64,000 nt of DNA from an uncultured Azospirillum sp. (GTDB lineage: Bacteria > Pseudomonadota > Alphaproteobacteria > RF32 > CAG-239): positions 17,169 through 81,168 of the forward strand of contig UQCS01000001.1 in assembly GCA_900539605.1 (NCBI GenBank), given 5' to 3'. Position 1 is the stretch's first letter, and each line of letters begins with the position of its first letter. The position numbers and the translations under genes were made by a program. Of the stretch, positions 1 through 10,325 are shown piece by piece. The notes under the pieces were generated by a model that was given only the letters and a program-made list of their open reading frames with translations, did not search any database and was not told where the DNA came from.

Positions 1-1260
1 TAAGGGATTGACGTTCAGCACGCCGTTTTTCAGCACTGCCGTCAGTTTGACATCGTCGGCGGTAATGTCATTGTTGACAATCAGTTTGCCGACACTGAGT
101 TTCAAATCACCGTTAACAGTCCTGAGCAACTGATAAGGAATCTTATCGTTGGGTATCATGTCGCTGGCGGCAGCGGTTTTGATCAGCGGCGGCAGCACAA
201 ACGCCGTCGGACTTTGAGGGTTAAACGACGGCAGACTGATTGACGGGCTTTTCAAATCAGCTTTGATATACGGCACTTTTCCCGCAATATCGGCGCTGAC
301 GGTCCCCTTGATGACATTGTTGACGACATTGAGAGAGGAAATATTCAACGACACTTTCTTGAGATCGGCTTTTCCGTCACCGATCAAAGTGGTTTCCGGC
401 GCATTAAAATTGCCGGCCGGATTGTAAACATTGAGTTTAAAATCGGCCCGCAGATCATTTAACAGATCATAAAGCTGGGCATTGATCGATGCTTTGACAT
501 TAAGCGCCGCCACTTCTATATCGGCCGGCCACGCCTGATCGGAACTGAACAAGCCGGACAGCGAACCGGTATTGCCGCGTCCCTTGATATCCATGCCGTT
601 AAAGACCGCATCCCAGGTGATGTTCATCGGCGCCTGAATTCCTTCGGCCGAAAAAGTAAGACTTTTAACCTGCAATTTGAGCGGCGCCGAACCGGCAGCC
701 AAATATTGAACCGTGCTGTCATTAACCGCAACTTCACGCGCAATCACGTCGGACAGCGAGCTTAAAAATGCCGGTGCCGGCGTTGCTTTTTCTTCGGCAT
801 ATGCCTCTTTGATCAGCCAGCCGCCGGAAACTGAGGCGGTTTTGGCCGGTTGCGCCGGCTGAACCGGTTCAAACGTCCAATTGTTTTTGCCGTCGGCAGC
901 GGTTTCCAAATATATCCGCGCGCCGTTCAAAACCGCCTTATCTATTACAATCTGCTTTTTCAACAGCGGCAGCAACGAAAATTTCAGTTCCAGCGAACCG
1001 ATCTCCGCCATTTGCGAATTTTTGGCCCAGGAAGGATTCGACAACGTAACGTCATTGATGATCAAGGTCGGAATCAATGATATCCCCAAACTGGCGTCGC
1101 CTTTGACATCCAGTTTGCGACCGGTATGTTCATAAACAATTTTTGCCGCATAGGACTTATATTTATTTAAATCAAAATTCTTAAGGAAAAAATATCCCCC
1201 GACACCGGCAATCAAAACCACCAGAACCACAATTCCCAACAACCATTTCAAAAAACGCAT
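1..1260 (-). CDS. AsmA-family outer-membrane assembly protein, N-terminal part (ORF open to window edge, gene continues beyond position 1)
   Basis: Minus strand: ATG at 1260-1258; N-terminal hydrophobic anchor MRFLKWLLGIVVLVVLIAG, AsmA-like N-terminal region. Frame checked open by hand at several points down to position 1. Not in the ORF track because it runs off the edge. Confidence 0.65.
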   Translation of the reverse strand, partial: MRFLKWLLGIVVLVVLIAGVGGYFFLKNFDLNKYKSYAAKIVYEHTGRKLDVKGDASLGISLIPTLIINDVTLSNPSWAKNSQMAEIGSLELKFSLLPLLKKQIVIDKAVLNGARIYLETAADGKNNWTFEPVQPAQPAKTASVSGGWLIKEAYAEEKATPAPAFLSSLSDVIAREVAVNDSTVQYLAAGSAPLKLQVKSLTFSAEGIQAPMNITWDAVFNGMDIKGRGNTGSLSGLFSSDQAWPADIEVAALNVKASINAQLYDLLNDLRADFKLNVYNPAGNFNAPETTLIGDGKADLKKVSLNISSLNVVNNVIKGTVSADIAGKVPYIKADLKSPSISLPSFNPQSPTAFVLPPLIKTAAASDMIPNDKIPYQLLRTVNGDLKLSVGKLIVNNDITADDVKLTAVLKNGVLNVNPL

Positions 1261-1285
1261 CTTCGGCTCCTCATCTATCATCTTT

Positions 1286-2215
1286 TCAGGATTTAAACAC
1301 CAGCCCGGCCGCTTCCAGGCTGGCTTTAAAATGAGCCGGAAGCGGCGCGGCAATCACAATGTTCTTATTATATATGGCTGATAAATCAATTTTGTATGCA
1401 TGCAAGTGCAATTTGTCGGCAAAAAGATTAAATTTTTTGCGTTCACTGCCAAAATAGCGGTCATCACCGATAATCGGACACCCGACCGACTCGAGATGAG
1501 CCCGGATTTGGTGCGTCCTTCCGGTCAACGGCGACGCCTCAATCAACGCAAAACGCTCTCCGACGTTGTCCAGCACCCGGTATAAAGTGCGGGCGCTCTG
1601 CCCCCCGGAACCGACCACCATTTTTTCGCCTGCTTTTTCCAATGGCGCTTTGATTTCGCCCTCGGAAGGGCAAGGACAGCCGCTGACCAGCGCCAGATAA
1701 GTTTTTTTCAACCGGCGTTCACGAAAGGCACCGGTCAGCAGATCGGCCGCCTTGCGATGGCGCGCCAACAGCAAAACGCCGCTGGTGTCTTTATCAATCC
1801 GGTGAACCAGCTTGGGACGTTCTTCATTATCAAATTTCAGTCCGTCAAGCAAACCATCAACATGGAAGCTGGTGTTGGTTCCGCCCTGCACCGCCAGCCC
1901 GGAAGGTTTGTTAATCGCAATCAGGTTCTCGTCCTTAAAAATAACCAGGCTGCGAATAAAATCGATTTCCCTGGCCGACAGTTCGGCGCTTTTTTGCGGC
2001 AACGCTTCGTCATCTTTGAGCGGCGGCACCCGCACTTCCTGTCCCGCCATCAGCTTTAACCCGGCCTCGGCGCGTTTGCCGTCAACCTTAATCTGTTTGG
2101 TTCGCAGCAGCTTTTGCAACCGCCCGAGCGTAAGGTTGGGATAATATTTTAAAAACCAGCGGTTAAGCCGCATACCGTCATCAGCCGGCTTCACTTTTAT
2201 CAATTCTACAGACAT
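1286..2215 (-). CDS. RluA-family 23S rRNA pseudouridine synthase (RluC/RluD-like) with N-terminal S4 domain
   Basis: S4-like N-terminus (LNRWFLKYYPNLTLGRLQKLLRTKQIKVDG); catalytic motif HRIDKDTSGVLLLAR. Confidence 0.85.
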   Translation of the reverse strand: MSVELIKVKPADDGMRLNRWFLKYYPNLTLGRLQKLLRTKQIKVDGKRAEAGLKLMAGQEVRVPPLKDDEALPQKSAELSAREIDFIRSLVIFKDENLIAINKPSGLAVQGGTNTSFHVDGLLDGLKFDNEERPKLVHRIDKDTSGVLLLARHRKAADLLTGAFRERRLKKTYLALVSGCPCPSEGEIKAPLEKAGEKMVVGSGGQSARTLYRVLDNVGERFALIEASPLTGRTHQIRAHLESVGCPIIGDDRYFGSERKKFNLFADKLHLHAYKIDLSAIYNKNIVIAAPLPAHFKASLEAAGLVFKS

Positions 2216-2218
2216 GTA

Positions 2219-3025
2219 TTATTTTCTTTCCATCATTTCCCTTTTTAGCGCCATCAACTGCATGAAGTCGTCTTCTCTCCCGGCGTGATCGGCGCGCCGT
2301 TTCAGCTTTTCGCACCGTTCTAAATGCTGTTCCATCGGTGCCAGTTCAAGATTTTCCACAAAACGGTCAAAATCGTCTCCGGTTTTGAACGAAGGCTCTT
2401 TTTTGCCAAACTCATAAATTTCCATCGGCAGGCCGGCATCTGCCGCCTTCTGTACAAAATCCATTACCGCTGCCGAAACATTGAGTGACACACTCGGCTT
2501 AACCCCCAACGGATTGCCGGTCGGATAGCCGAATTTTTCCCTCAGGGCACGATGTTTTCCGTATGCTTCATCGTTATTCATTTTGCGTTCAACGACATTC
2601 AGCGCTGCCTGATATTCATCAACCAACATGACTTTAAGTTTGGTTGTATAACCAAACTTTGGAACATGTTCCAACATTTTTACGCTATTTTGCAACACCG
2701 AGGTATCATAAACAATATCCATTTGCTGCCGCACCGCCGCTTTATAGATTTCGTTTGACACTTTGGTGGCAAAGCGGCCGATTTCGGAATCGCAAAAATC
2801 CTCGCGAATATCAATGCCCAACGTTTTGGCATATTCTGCAATAATATGGTCGGAGGAAATGACGACGGCATTGTCAATCTGTGCCGCCAGTGTTGACTTT
2901 CCCGAACCGGGGGCACCGATCAGCGCATAAAAGGTCGGATTCTGCGACGGTGTTTTTCCTTCCAGAGCCTGGGCAATCATTTGTTCGGTAAAAACCTGTT
3001 GTTCATCTTCGGCAAGTTCCAGCAT
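2219..3025 (-). CDS. P-loop kinase, zeta-toxin/AAA_33-like
   Basis: Walker A GAPGSGKST near the N-terminus; length 268 aa; no adjacent antitoxin-like small ORF. Confidence 0.55.
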   Translation of the reverse strand: MLELAEDEQQVFTEQMIAQALEGKTPSQNPTFYALIGAPGSGKSTLAAQIDNAVVISSDHIIAEYAKTLGIDIREDFCDSEIGRFATKVSNEIYKAAVRQQMDIVYDTSVLQNSVKMLEHVPKFGYTTKLKVMLVDEYQAALNVVERKMNNDEAYGKHRALREKFGYPTGNPLGVKPSVSLNVSAAVMDFVQKAADAGLPMEIYEFGKKEPSFKTGDDFDRFVENLELAPMEQHLERCEKLKRRADHAGREDDFMQLMALKREMMERK

Positions 3026-4342
3026 CTATTCCTCCTGTTGTTTGTTTCTGTTTTTTTCCTGACGGAGTTTTTCAAAATACTCCACTCTTTTTTTCACTTC
3101 CCGCTCAAAGCCGCGTTCTACCGGACGATACAGTTTTTGACGACGAATTCCGTCGGGAAAATAATTCTGCCCCGAAAAACCGTCGTCCAAATCCTGATCG
3201 TAAACATAGCCCTGATTGTATCCCAGTTCTTTCATCAGCTTGGTCGGCGCATTTAAAATATGTTTCGGCGGCATCAGCGAGCCGGTCTTTTTGGCCAGAT
3301 CAAGCGCCTGATGCATCGCCTTATAGACGCCGGCCGATTTAGGCGCGGTTGCCAGATAAACCGTCAGTTGCATCAGGGCCAGATCACCTTCCGGCGAGCC
3401 CAGACGTTTGTAAGTGTCCCAACAGGCAATCGCCTGCTGAACCGCGTTGGGATCCGCCATCGACACATCTTCCACCGCAAAACGGGTTAATCGACGGAAA
3501 ATGTATTTCGGATCCTCGCCGGCAGTAATCATCCGCGCCACCCAGTACAGCGCCGCATCAACGTCGGAACCGCGCAACGACTTGTGAACCGCCGAAATCA
3601 GATTGTAGTGACCGTCGCGCCCTTTATCATACACCGGCGCCCGCGAACGAATAATCTTTAGCAGACTCTCCTTATCGAAAATTTCGCCCTCTTTGGCATA
3701 ATTCAACACGCTTTCCGCCAAATTGAGAATATAACGGCCGTCCCCGTCCGCAGTTGCCTTCATTAATTCACGCGCTTCGTCGTCTACCGGCAGTTTGCGT
3801 CCGGTTTCTTTTTCCGCCCGGCGCAACAGTTCCTCAAAATCGTCAGAATTTAAACGATTGAGAACAAATACCTGGCAGCGCGAAAGCAAAGCTGCGTTCA
3901 GTTCAAAAGACGGATTTTCAGTGGTGGCACCGACCAGAATGATCGTTCCGTCTTCAACATAGGGCAAAAAACCGTCCTGCTGCGACTTGTTAAAACGATG
4001 AATTTCATCGACAAACAACAAGGTTCCCTTGCCTTGAGCAACCCGCCGTTCCTGCGCGTATTGAAACACTCTTTTCAAATCGGCCACACCGGAAAAAACC
4101 GCCGATATCTGTTCAAAATACAAGTTAGTATGTTCCGCAATCAGCCGGGCAATTGTGGTCTTGCCACAACCGGGAGGCCCCCAAAGAATAAAGGAGGTGA
4201 TTTTGCGCGACGCAACCATCCGCCCCAGCGGCGCATCGGAACCGACCACATGATTCTGTCCCACGACTTCCGCGAGGGTTTGGGGGCGCAAACGGTCGGC
4301 AAGCGGCCGTTTGACATTATGTGAAAAAAGCGTGTCTTCCAT
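3026..4342 (-). CDS. rarA: Replication-associated recombination protein A (RarA/MgsA AAA+ ATPase)
   Basis: GPPGCGKTT Walker A; characteristic MgsA C-terminal region; 438 aa. Confidence 0.9.
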   Translation of the reverse strand: MEDTLFSHNVKRPLADRLRPQTLAEVVGQNHVVGSDAPLGRMVASRKITSFILWGPPGCGKTTIARLIAEHTNLYFEQISAVFSGVADLKRVFQYAQERRVAQGKGTLLFVDEIHRFNKSQQDGFLPYVEDGTIILVGATTENPSFELNAALLSRCQVFVLNRLNSDDFEELLRRAEKETGRKLPVDDEARELMKATADGDGRYILNLAESVLNYAKEGEIFDKESLLKIIRSRAPVYDKGRDGHYNLISAVHKSLRGSDVDAALYWVARMITAGEDPKYIFRRLTRFAVEDVSMADPNAVQQAIACWDTYKRLGSPEGDLALMQLTVYLATAPKSAGVYKAMHQALDLAKKTGSLMPPKHILNAPTKLMKELGYNQGYVYDQDLDDGFSGQNYFPDGIRRQKLYRPVERGFEREVKKRVEYFEKLRQEKNRNKQQEE

Positions 4343-4350
4343 CTTGTTTC

Positions 4351-5730
4351 CTATCGCTGATAACCGCCGCGGTCATGGCCGTTAAACATTTCCGGCATTT
4401 CTTTTTGCCGCCGCTTGGCCTCCAGCACCCGGCGCTTGCGTTCTTCGATCACATTGCGCAATTCCTCTTTGTTGGCCTTGTTCTGCTGACGGATATGTTC
4501 CAACGCTTCTTCGTCTTTTACCGGTGCTTTTTCCTTGCGCTTAAACGCCTTTTGTCCCAGTTTCACTAAATTCTGTACATCCATTCCCTTAAAACCCGAT
4601 ACATTGTAAACACCGAAATTACGGGCATCGTTAAGAAAAAAGTCGGTAAAGTCGATTCCCTTGCCACCCTTGCGCACTTTTTTCTTCGGGGCAAGAATTT
4701 TCTTCAGTTCCATCGCCGTCGGCACCCGTCCGAGCGCCTGAGCAATTTGTTCCGGCGTAATGATACATTCGCTCAAATCAAGTTCCGCAATGTTAACACC
4801 GGTAAAATCGACGCCGGTAAAATCAACCCCGCGCAAGCTGACTTTGCTCAGATCAATCTTGCGCAAATCCAGCATCGTTAAATTGATTTTGGTCAGATTC
4901 AGCTTATGCGGATAGTATTGTGCCAGATACTCCACCAGTTCCTGCAATTCTTCCAAACTGATATCGTCAATGGTGATATCAAGCAGAATGGCGTCCTGGA
5001 AATAAACATCAGTCAACACCACATTATTCATTATTGCGCCGGTAAAGTTGGTACCGATCAGCTGAGCGCCGGCAAAAATGGCACCGGTCAGGTCGGCACC
5101 GGAAAGATTGGTATCGGTCAGGTTGGCACCCGAAAAATCGGCGCCGCGCAAATCGGAACCCGAAAAGTTTACACCGGACAGGTTGGCAGCCGAAAAATTG
5201 GCGTTGGAAAGGTCTTCGTGATCAAACTCGCCGTTTTCAAGGTTTTTGCCGTTAAATTCAATATTGAGAATCGGCAAATCATCTTCAGGATCGCGAAAAA
5301 CGGCCCGCCACGGATCCGGCTCGCCGTCATCGTCGTCATCGGGCGGCAGCGGCAGATCGTCGCCGTTTTCCTCGCTTTCCGAAGTTATTTCTTCCTCATC
5401 GTCATCAAACGGAAACGCTTCATCGTCCTCATTGTAAAAATCGGCGTCATTGTCATCGTAAGGCACGGAATCGTCGTCATAATTGTCGGCGTCGTCAAAT
5501 TCATTTTCCCGGTAAGGCGGCTCATCGTCTTCGTACGCAGGATCGTCATAATCTTCATCTTCCGAATAAAAAGCGCCGTCATGCCGTATCGCGCGTGCGG
5601 GGCGGAACAAATCATCGTCATCTTGGTCACAGACAGCAAAAGCACCGTCTTCGGCCATTCCCTGGCGGGAGGCCCTGGCTTTGTCCCTGATTGCTTTCAG
5701 TGCGGCTATTTTTTCTTCGTCCGATGCCAT
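4351..5730 (-). CDS. Pentapeptide-repeat protein with long poly-acidic (D/E-rich) N-terminal region
   Basis: Run of A(D/N)LSG-type pentapeptide repeats (NFSAANLSGVNFSGSDLRGADFSGANLTDTNLSGADLTG...); D/E-rich stretch; lysine-rich C-terminus. Confidence 0.8.
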   Translation of the reverse strand: MASDEEKIAALKAIRDKARASRQGMAEDGAFAVCDQDDDDLFRPARAIRHDGAFYSEDEDYDDPAYEDDEPPYRENEFDDADNYDDDSVPYDDNDADFYNEDDEAFPFDDDEEEITSESEENGDDLPLPPDDDDDGEPDPWRAVFRDPEDDLPILNIEFNGKNLENGEFDHEDLSNANFSAANLSGVNFSGSDLRGADFSGANLTDTNLSGADLTGAIFAGAQLIGTNFTGAIMNNVVLTDVYFQDAILLDITIDDISLEELQELVEYLAQYYPHKLNLTKINLTMLDLRKIDLSKVSLRGVDFTGVDFTGVNIAELDLSECIITPEQIAQALGRVPTAMELKKILAPKKKVRKGGKGIDFTDFFLNDARNFGVYNVSGFKGMDVQNLVKLGQKAFKRKEKAPVKDEEALEHIRQQNKANKEELRNVIEERKRRVLEAKRRQKEMPEMFNGHDRGGYQR

Positions 5731-5800
5731 TTCTTACCCTTGCAAGCGTTGCCCTACCGGCTTTTTATAATAACGTAAGAAATATAATTTTACAAATATT

Positions 5801-6358
5801 TTATATGCTCTCCTCATAAAATTCACCGCCGATGACCTGTTTGGCGGTTTCGTAATCAAAACCGGCGCGAATCATGGCCGCCAGGTCTTTTTGCCGGCAG
5901 ACGCGGCGGCTTTCCTCATCGGCACGAAACGGACCGATTTTCTTCTTACGGGCAAAATTAACCGCGGCGCTTTCTTCATCAATTTCCGAATCTGCCAGAA
6001 TTTCGTTCACCAAAGCTTCGTCCACGCCTTTCTGCCGCATTTTAATGCGGATATAACGTTCCGGTTTTCCGGCCGCCAGATAACCGGCAATTTTAAATTC
6101 GGCATAACGGCGGTCATTAAGATAACCGACGCGTTCAAACTCCGTGATTATTTCTTCAATCCACTCTGCGGCCCGATGCATGTCTAAATCCGGCGTCTGT
6201 CTCGCGTTGTCGCGAACCCGGCGGGTCAGAACCTGACGGAGATTGTCGGCCGAAGAATCAAACCGCTGCAGATAATAAAGGGCTATATTCTTCAGTCGCA
6301 CCGGTGTCATTTTTCGTTTTTTTGGGGGCGTTACCGGCCTTTTTTCATCATTTTCCAT
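5801..6358 (-). CDS. recX: Regulatory protein RecX
   Basis: 185 aa; three-helix repeat pattern and LKNIALYYLQRFDSS...LRQVLTRR motif typical of RecX. Confidence 0.7.
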   Translation of the reverse strand: MENDEKRPVTPPKKRKMTPVRLKNIALYYLQRFDSSADNLRQVLTRRVRDNARQTPDLDMHRAAEWIEEIITEFERVGYLNDRRYAEFKIAGYLAAGKPERYIRIKMRQKGVDEALVNEILADSEIDEESAAVNFARKKKIGPFRADEESRRVCRQKDLAAMIRAGFDYETAKQVIGGEFYEESI

Positions 6359-6457
6359 TACAAAAACCTATTTTCACTTGATTTTTACAGACGGCATGTT
6401 AAACAATAAAATAGAATTTACAAGCATAAACCGTATTAACAACTATGGATTAAACCA

Positions 6458-7072
6458 ATGATTAAAAATATTCTTTCTATGTTCTGCGCTTTGGCCCTGA
6501 TTTCTACGCTTGCCGCCTGCGCTTCTGACAATGAGGCGGTTCCTCAGAAATACAACGAACCACGTTTTAACAGCGACGGCATTGTCAACCTGAAAGTCAA
6601 CAAAGTAGAAGTCATTTCCGAATTCACGCCTTCTTTTACCCGCCCCAACGTTGAACATCTGTTTCCGGTTTCGATCGAAAAAACAGCCAAACTTTGGGCA
6701 AACGACCGGTTGAAAGCAGTTGATTTCTCTTCTGACAAACAGGCTACCTTCGTTATTAAAGACGCCAGCGTAACCGAAGAAGTGGTTAAATCCGACAAAC
6801 TGTTCGAAAAAGACAGTCTCAAATACCGCGCCAAACTGTCGGTGGTTTTGAGAGTCAACGACCCTTACAAATTCTCCAGCGCCGAAACTTCGCTGGAAGC
6901 ATGGCGCGAGCTCACCATTCCGGTTGACACTTCCATTGAAGACAAGGAAAGATACTGGAACAACATGGTTGAAAAACTGTTTGAAGAGTTCAACGCCCGC
7001 ATGCAGATGAATATCAACAAATATCTCAACATGTATATTGAGAATTCTCAGTATATTCAAGACTACGAATAA
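6458..7072 (+). CDS. Lipoprotein, function unknown
   Basis: Signal peptide with lipobox LSTLAAC; hydrophilic mature protein. The antisense 205-aa ORF is F-rich and looks like an artefact. Confidence 0.7.
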   Translation: MIKNILSMFCALALISTLAACASDNEAVPQKYNEPRFNSDGIVNLKVNKVEVISEFTPSFTRPNVEHLFPVSIEKTAKLWANDRLKAVDFSSDKQATFVIKDASVTEEVVKSDKLFEKDSLKYRAKLSVVLRVNDPYKFSSAETSLEAWRELTIPVDTSIEDKERYWNNMVEKLFEEFNARMQMNINKYLNMYIENSQYIQDYE

Positions 7073-7095
7073 TCAGTCAATTGTTTTGCGGTCAA

Positions 7096-7130
7096 TAAAA
7101 CCCGGTTCCTAGACCGGGTTTTATTTTTGC
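7096..7130 (+). terminator. Rho-independent terminator after lipoprotein gene
   Basis: aaaacccggttcctagaccgggtttt hairpin followed by a T-run. Confidence 0.55.
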
Positions 7131-7335
7131 GGCTCTGCAATGATCAAACATCTCCAGGACCTAAAAAAACGATGACTTCCCGGCACGGAAAAAAATTCCT
7201 GCGAACTTAGGATCTCGGATCAACGGCAAAGCAGGCATTTTGACCATACGCGGCAGCAGAAAACACCGAAAAATCCTGTAAACCACAGGCAATAAAAAAG
7301 ACCGTAATCATACGGCCTTTTTTCGTTAAAATTAA

Positions 7336-7752
7336 TCAGTGCAAAACCGGAGCGGCACATCGGTGTCCGGCATCAAATTGCAATACCGGCAAACGGATAC
7401 TTTCGGCAATTTTGGCAGCACCTTTCAAAATTTTGCAACTGCCATAGAAAACAGCGTGGGCAGCCTTAAGCGGCGCGGTAGCACTGAATTCAAAATATTC
7501 ACCCGGTTCCAACTCGGGGATCTCGCCGCTGAAACCTTCGGAGTCATCGCAAAAACAACGACCGCTGTCGTCGGTAATATTCCAATTTTTACCAAGCAGA
7601 GTAATCTTCTGGTCCGAATTGTTTTCAATACAGAAGTAATATCCCCATAAAAACTCTTGTCCGGCATGATGAGACGCCTCCACCAGTTCCGACCCGGCGG
7701 TAATCGTCACGTCACCATCTTCGGTTACAATCATCTCCTGACTTGAATCCAT
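7336..7752 (-). CDS. apaG: ApaG (DUF525) protein
   Basis: GYYFCIENNSDQKITLLGKNWNITDDSGR matches the ApaG core. Confidence 0.8.
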   Translation of the reverse strand: MDSSQEMIVTEDGDVTITAGSELVEASHHAGQEFLWGYYFCIENNSDQKITLLGKNWNITDDSGRCFCDDSEGFSGEIPELEPGEYFEFSATAPLKAAHAVFYGSCKILKGAAKIAESIRLPVLQFDAGHRCAAPVLH

Positions 7753-8065
7753 TTCCTTAACCTTTTATTAACATTCATTAAGCAAACGTTAGCGGGAGTC
7801 GGAACAAATTGCAATTAGGGAATCGTTTTGTTCACAAAGTTATACACATGAATCAAATCGGACACAGCATCCTTTTGCCTGCTACCAAACACAAAAGAGC
7901 CGTTTGCAGAAACCATCTATGGCATAGAGCATAAAGCTTCACCGGCTGATACCGGTGGTATTAACCATTGCGAACGACGTTCGCCCAGCCCAACGACTAC
8001 GCAGGCCTGACGGCTGGGCTGGAATGTCTGCATCTGCCTGCTTACGCCGGTCGTATTACGCCCGA

Positions 8066-8100
8066 ACCATAAAAAATGGGTTACAATTTCTTGCAACCCA
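8066..8100 (-). terminator. Rho-independent terminator downstream of rplM-rpsI
   Basis: Minus-strand hairpin gggttgcaagaaattgtaaccc followed by TTTTTT. Confidence 0.55.
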
Positions 8101-8131
8101 TTGAAAATACTGCATAAACAGTTGATACCAA

Positions 8132-8602
8132 TTAACGTTTTGAGAACTGGTAAGAACGACGGGCTTTAGCTTTGCCGTATTTTTTACGTTCGACGGTTCT
8201 GTCGTCACGGGTCAGGAAGCCGGCGGCTTTCAGGACCGAACGCAGTTCCGGTTCGTAATCGTTCAGGGCTTTGGAAATGCCGTGCTTGATTGCACCGGCC
8301 TGGCCGGAAAGACCACCGCCGCTGACAGTGCATACAACGTCAAATTCGTTAACGCGGTTGGTAACTTCGAACGGCTGATTGATAATCATTTTCAAAACCG
8401 GACGGGCAAAATATTCGTCCAACGTTTTGCTGTTAACCGTGATGTTGCCTTTACCCGGTTTAACCCATACACGGGCAACCGCATCTTTTCTTTTGCCGGT
8501 GGCATAAGAACGTCCGAATTTGTCGCGTTTCGGCTTACGAACTTCCGCCGCGGTTTCGGCAGCAGATACTTTAATGTCTTTCAAAGATTCTAATTTAGCC
8601 AT
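8132..8602 (-). CDS. rpsI: 30S ribosomal protein S9
   Basis: C-terminal ...[11 protein letters not shown]; full-length S9 similarity. Confidence 0.95.
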   Translation of the reverse strand: MAKLESLKDIKVSAAETAAEVRKPKRDKFGRSYATGKRKDAVARVWVKPGKGNITVNSKTLDEYFARPVLKMIINQPFEVTNRVNEFDVVCTVSGGGLSGQAGAIKHGISKALNDYEPELRSVLKAAGFLTRDDRTVERKKYGKAKARRSYQFSKR

Positions 8603-9069
8603 TATAACGGACTCCTTTTATTTTTCGGATTCTGGGAAGCAATGTCCAGAACGATCGGGTTTTGGGCTGTATGCGGGTGTTCGGCGCCGGCATATACCTT
8701 CAGCTTAGTCATCTGCTGACGGCCCAGAGGATTGCGGGAAATCATTCTTTCAACCGCTTTTTCGATAACGCGGCCCGGGAACTTACCGGCAAGAATTTTA
8801 GCCGGAGTCGTTTCTTTGATACCGCCGATCCAGCCGGTGTGGCGATAATAAACTTTATCGGTCAGTTTTTTGCCGGTCAGTTTAACTTTGTCGGCATTGA
8901 TAACGATAACATAGTCGCCGCAGTCCAGGTTCGGAACAAAACTCGGTTTGTGTTTGCCGCGCAAAATCTTGGCAATTTCGGCCGAAAGTCTGCCCAATAC
9001 AACACCGCTGGCGTCAACGACATACCATTTTCTTTCAATGTCCGATGGCTTGGTTGCATAAGTGTTCAT
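8602..9069 (-). CDS. rplM: 50S ribosomal protein L13
   Basis: [20 protein letters not shown]... typical L13 N-terminus; rplM-rpsI operon. Confidence 0.95.
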   Translation of the reverse strand: MNTYATKPSDIERKWYVVDASGVVLGRLSAEIAKILRGKHKPSFVPNLDCGDYVIVINADKVKLTGKKLTDKVYYRHTGWIGGIKETTPAKILAGKFPGRVIEKAVERMISRNPLGRQQMTKLKVYAGAEHPHTAQNPIVLDIASQNPKNKRSPL

Positions 9070-9302
9070 ATTTTCTCTCTTTGTTAAAGATGGTTATTAA
9101 ATTCCTCGTCAATATAGCGAAAGTTTGACGCTTGTCAACATAAAAAAGCAGTGTTTTTCAATATTTTAATTGCTGGTATTATAGTACCGCAAACCATCTT
9201 ATTGATTTCATTGCTTTTTATGATACCAACATAAAAACGAAAGAAGCGGTATGAAAAATTTCACCCAACCGCTTCTTCTTCATTTGACCGTAATCTTGCT
9301 TT

Positions 9303-9872
9303 TTATTTCTGCAAATCGGCGACTACGTTCATCGAAACAATCTTGTCCGGGCTGTAAACTGTGCCGTTGGGACCGGTGCCGCGCTTGATTTTATCAACGG
9401 CCTGCATTCCCGAAATGACCTGTCCCCAAACCGTATACTGGCGGTCAAGAAAACGGGAATCGTCAAAACAGATGAAAAACTGGCTGTCCGCCGAATCGGG
9501 ACTCGCAGCCCGTGCCATCGAAACCGCACCGCGTTTGTGCGGGCGATTGTTAAATTCGGCCTTCAGGTTTTTGCCGCTGCCGCCGGTGCCGTTACCGCGC
9601 GGGTCGCCGGTCTGGGCCATAAAGCCGTCAATGACGCGATGAAATTTCAGGCCGTCGTAAAAGCCTTCCCGAACCAGTTGTTTAATTCGTGCCACATGGC
9701 GGGGCGCGTCTTCGGGAAACATTTGAATGAGAACATCCCCGTCTTTTAATTTTAACAGCAGGGTATTTTCCGGATCTTTAACATCGGCGTAGGGCTTGGC
9801 GGTTTCGGCAGCATCAGCGGCAACCGCGCTGATTCCCAGTGTGACCAACAGCGAACAGATAAATTTGAACAT
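9303..9872 (-). CDS. Peptidyl-prolyl cis-trans isomerase, cyclophilin type, secreted
   Basis: Signal peptide; cyclophilin motifs (FHRVIDGFMAQTGD, GTGGSG). Confidence 0.9.
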   Translation of the reverse strand: MFKFICSLLVTLGISAVAADAAETAKPYADVKDPENTLLLKLKDGDVLIQMFPEDAPRHVARIKQLVREGFYDGLKFHRVIDGFMAQTGDPRGNGTGGSGKNLKAEFNNRPHKRGAVSMARAASPDSADSQFFICFDDSRFLDRQYTVWGQVISGMQAVDKIKRGTGPNGTVYSPDKIVSMNVVADLQK

Positions 9873-9899
9873 TTTTTTATTTCTCCTTATATAATGTGT

Positions 9900-10325
9900 T
9901 TAAAAATTCAGTTGCCGAACGGCTTCGGGATAAAGCCGCGTTTCCGGCGCCAGCATCACCCATCGGGCGGCGGGATCTTCCGTACCCGGCTCAATAAAAG
10001 GCAGGCCTGTCGGGGAATACAGTTTTTCGTCAGCAAGAAAGGCTTCGAAAACAAAAATGATTTCGTGACCGTTTTTTCCCTCGTAACAAAAAATATTTTC
10101 TGCCACACCGAGCCGACGTCCGACTTTGATCTCAACACCGAACTCTTCGGCAAACTCACGTTGCAACGTTTGTTCGGCTGTTTCCCCAAATTCGATTCCG
10201 CCGCCGGGCAAGCGGAAAAATTCTTCGTTTTTCACATGGTCAATTCCCCGGACAGCCAGGACTTTCCCTTCGTAACGAACAACGGCAACCGCTAAAGACC
10301 GGATCTGGTTTGCGGTAAAGGGCAT
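9900..10325 (-). CDS. NUDIX hydrolase
   Basis: Nudix box LPGGGIEFGETAEQTLQREFAEEFG. Confidence 0.85.
   Translation of the reverse strand: MPFTANQIRSLAVAVVRYEGKVLAVRGIDHVKNEEFFRLPGGGIEFGETAEQTLQREFAEEFGVEIKVGRRLGVAENIFCYEGKNGHEIIFVFEAFLADEKLYSPTGLPFIEPGTEDPAARWVMLAPETRLYPEAVRQLNF

Noticed and set aside
4906-5778. 290-aa + strand ORF
   Set aside because: It is antisense to the pentapeptide/acidic-repeat gene. The low-complexity, repeat-driven composition of that gene leaves the opposite strand open.
6443-7060. 205-aa minus-strand ORF
   Set aside because: It is antisense to the lipoprotein gene. It is F-rich with no signal, whereas the + strand has a clean lipobox signal peptide.
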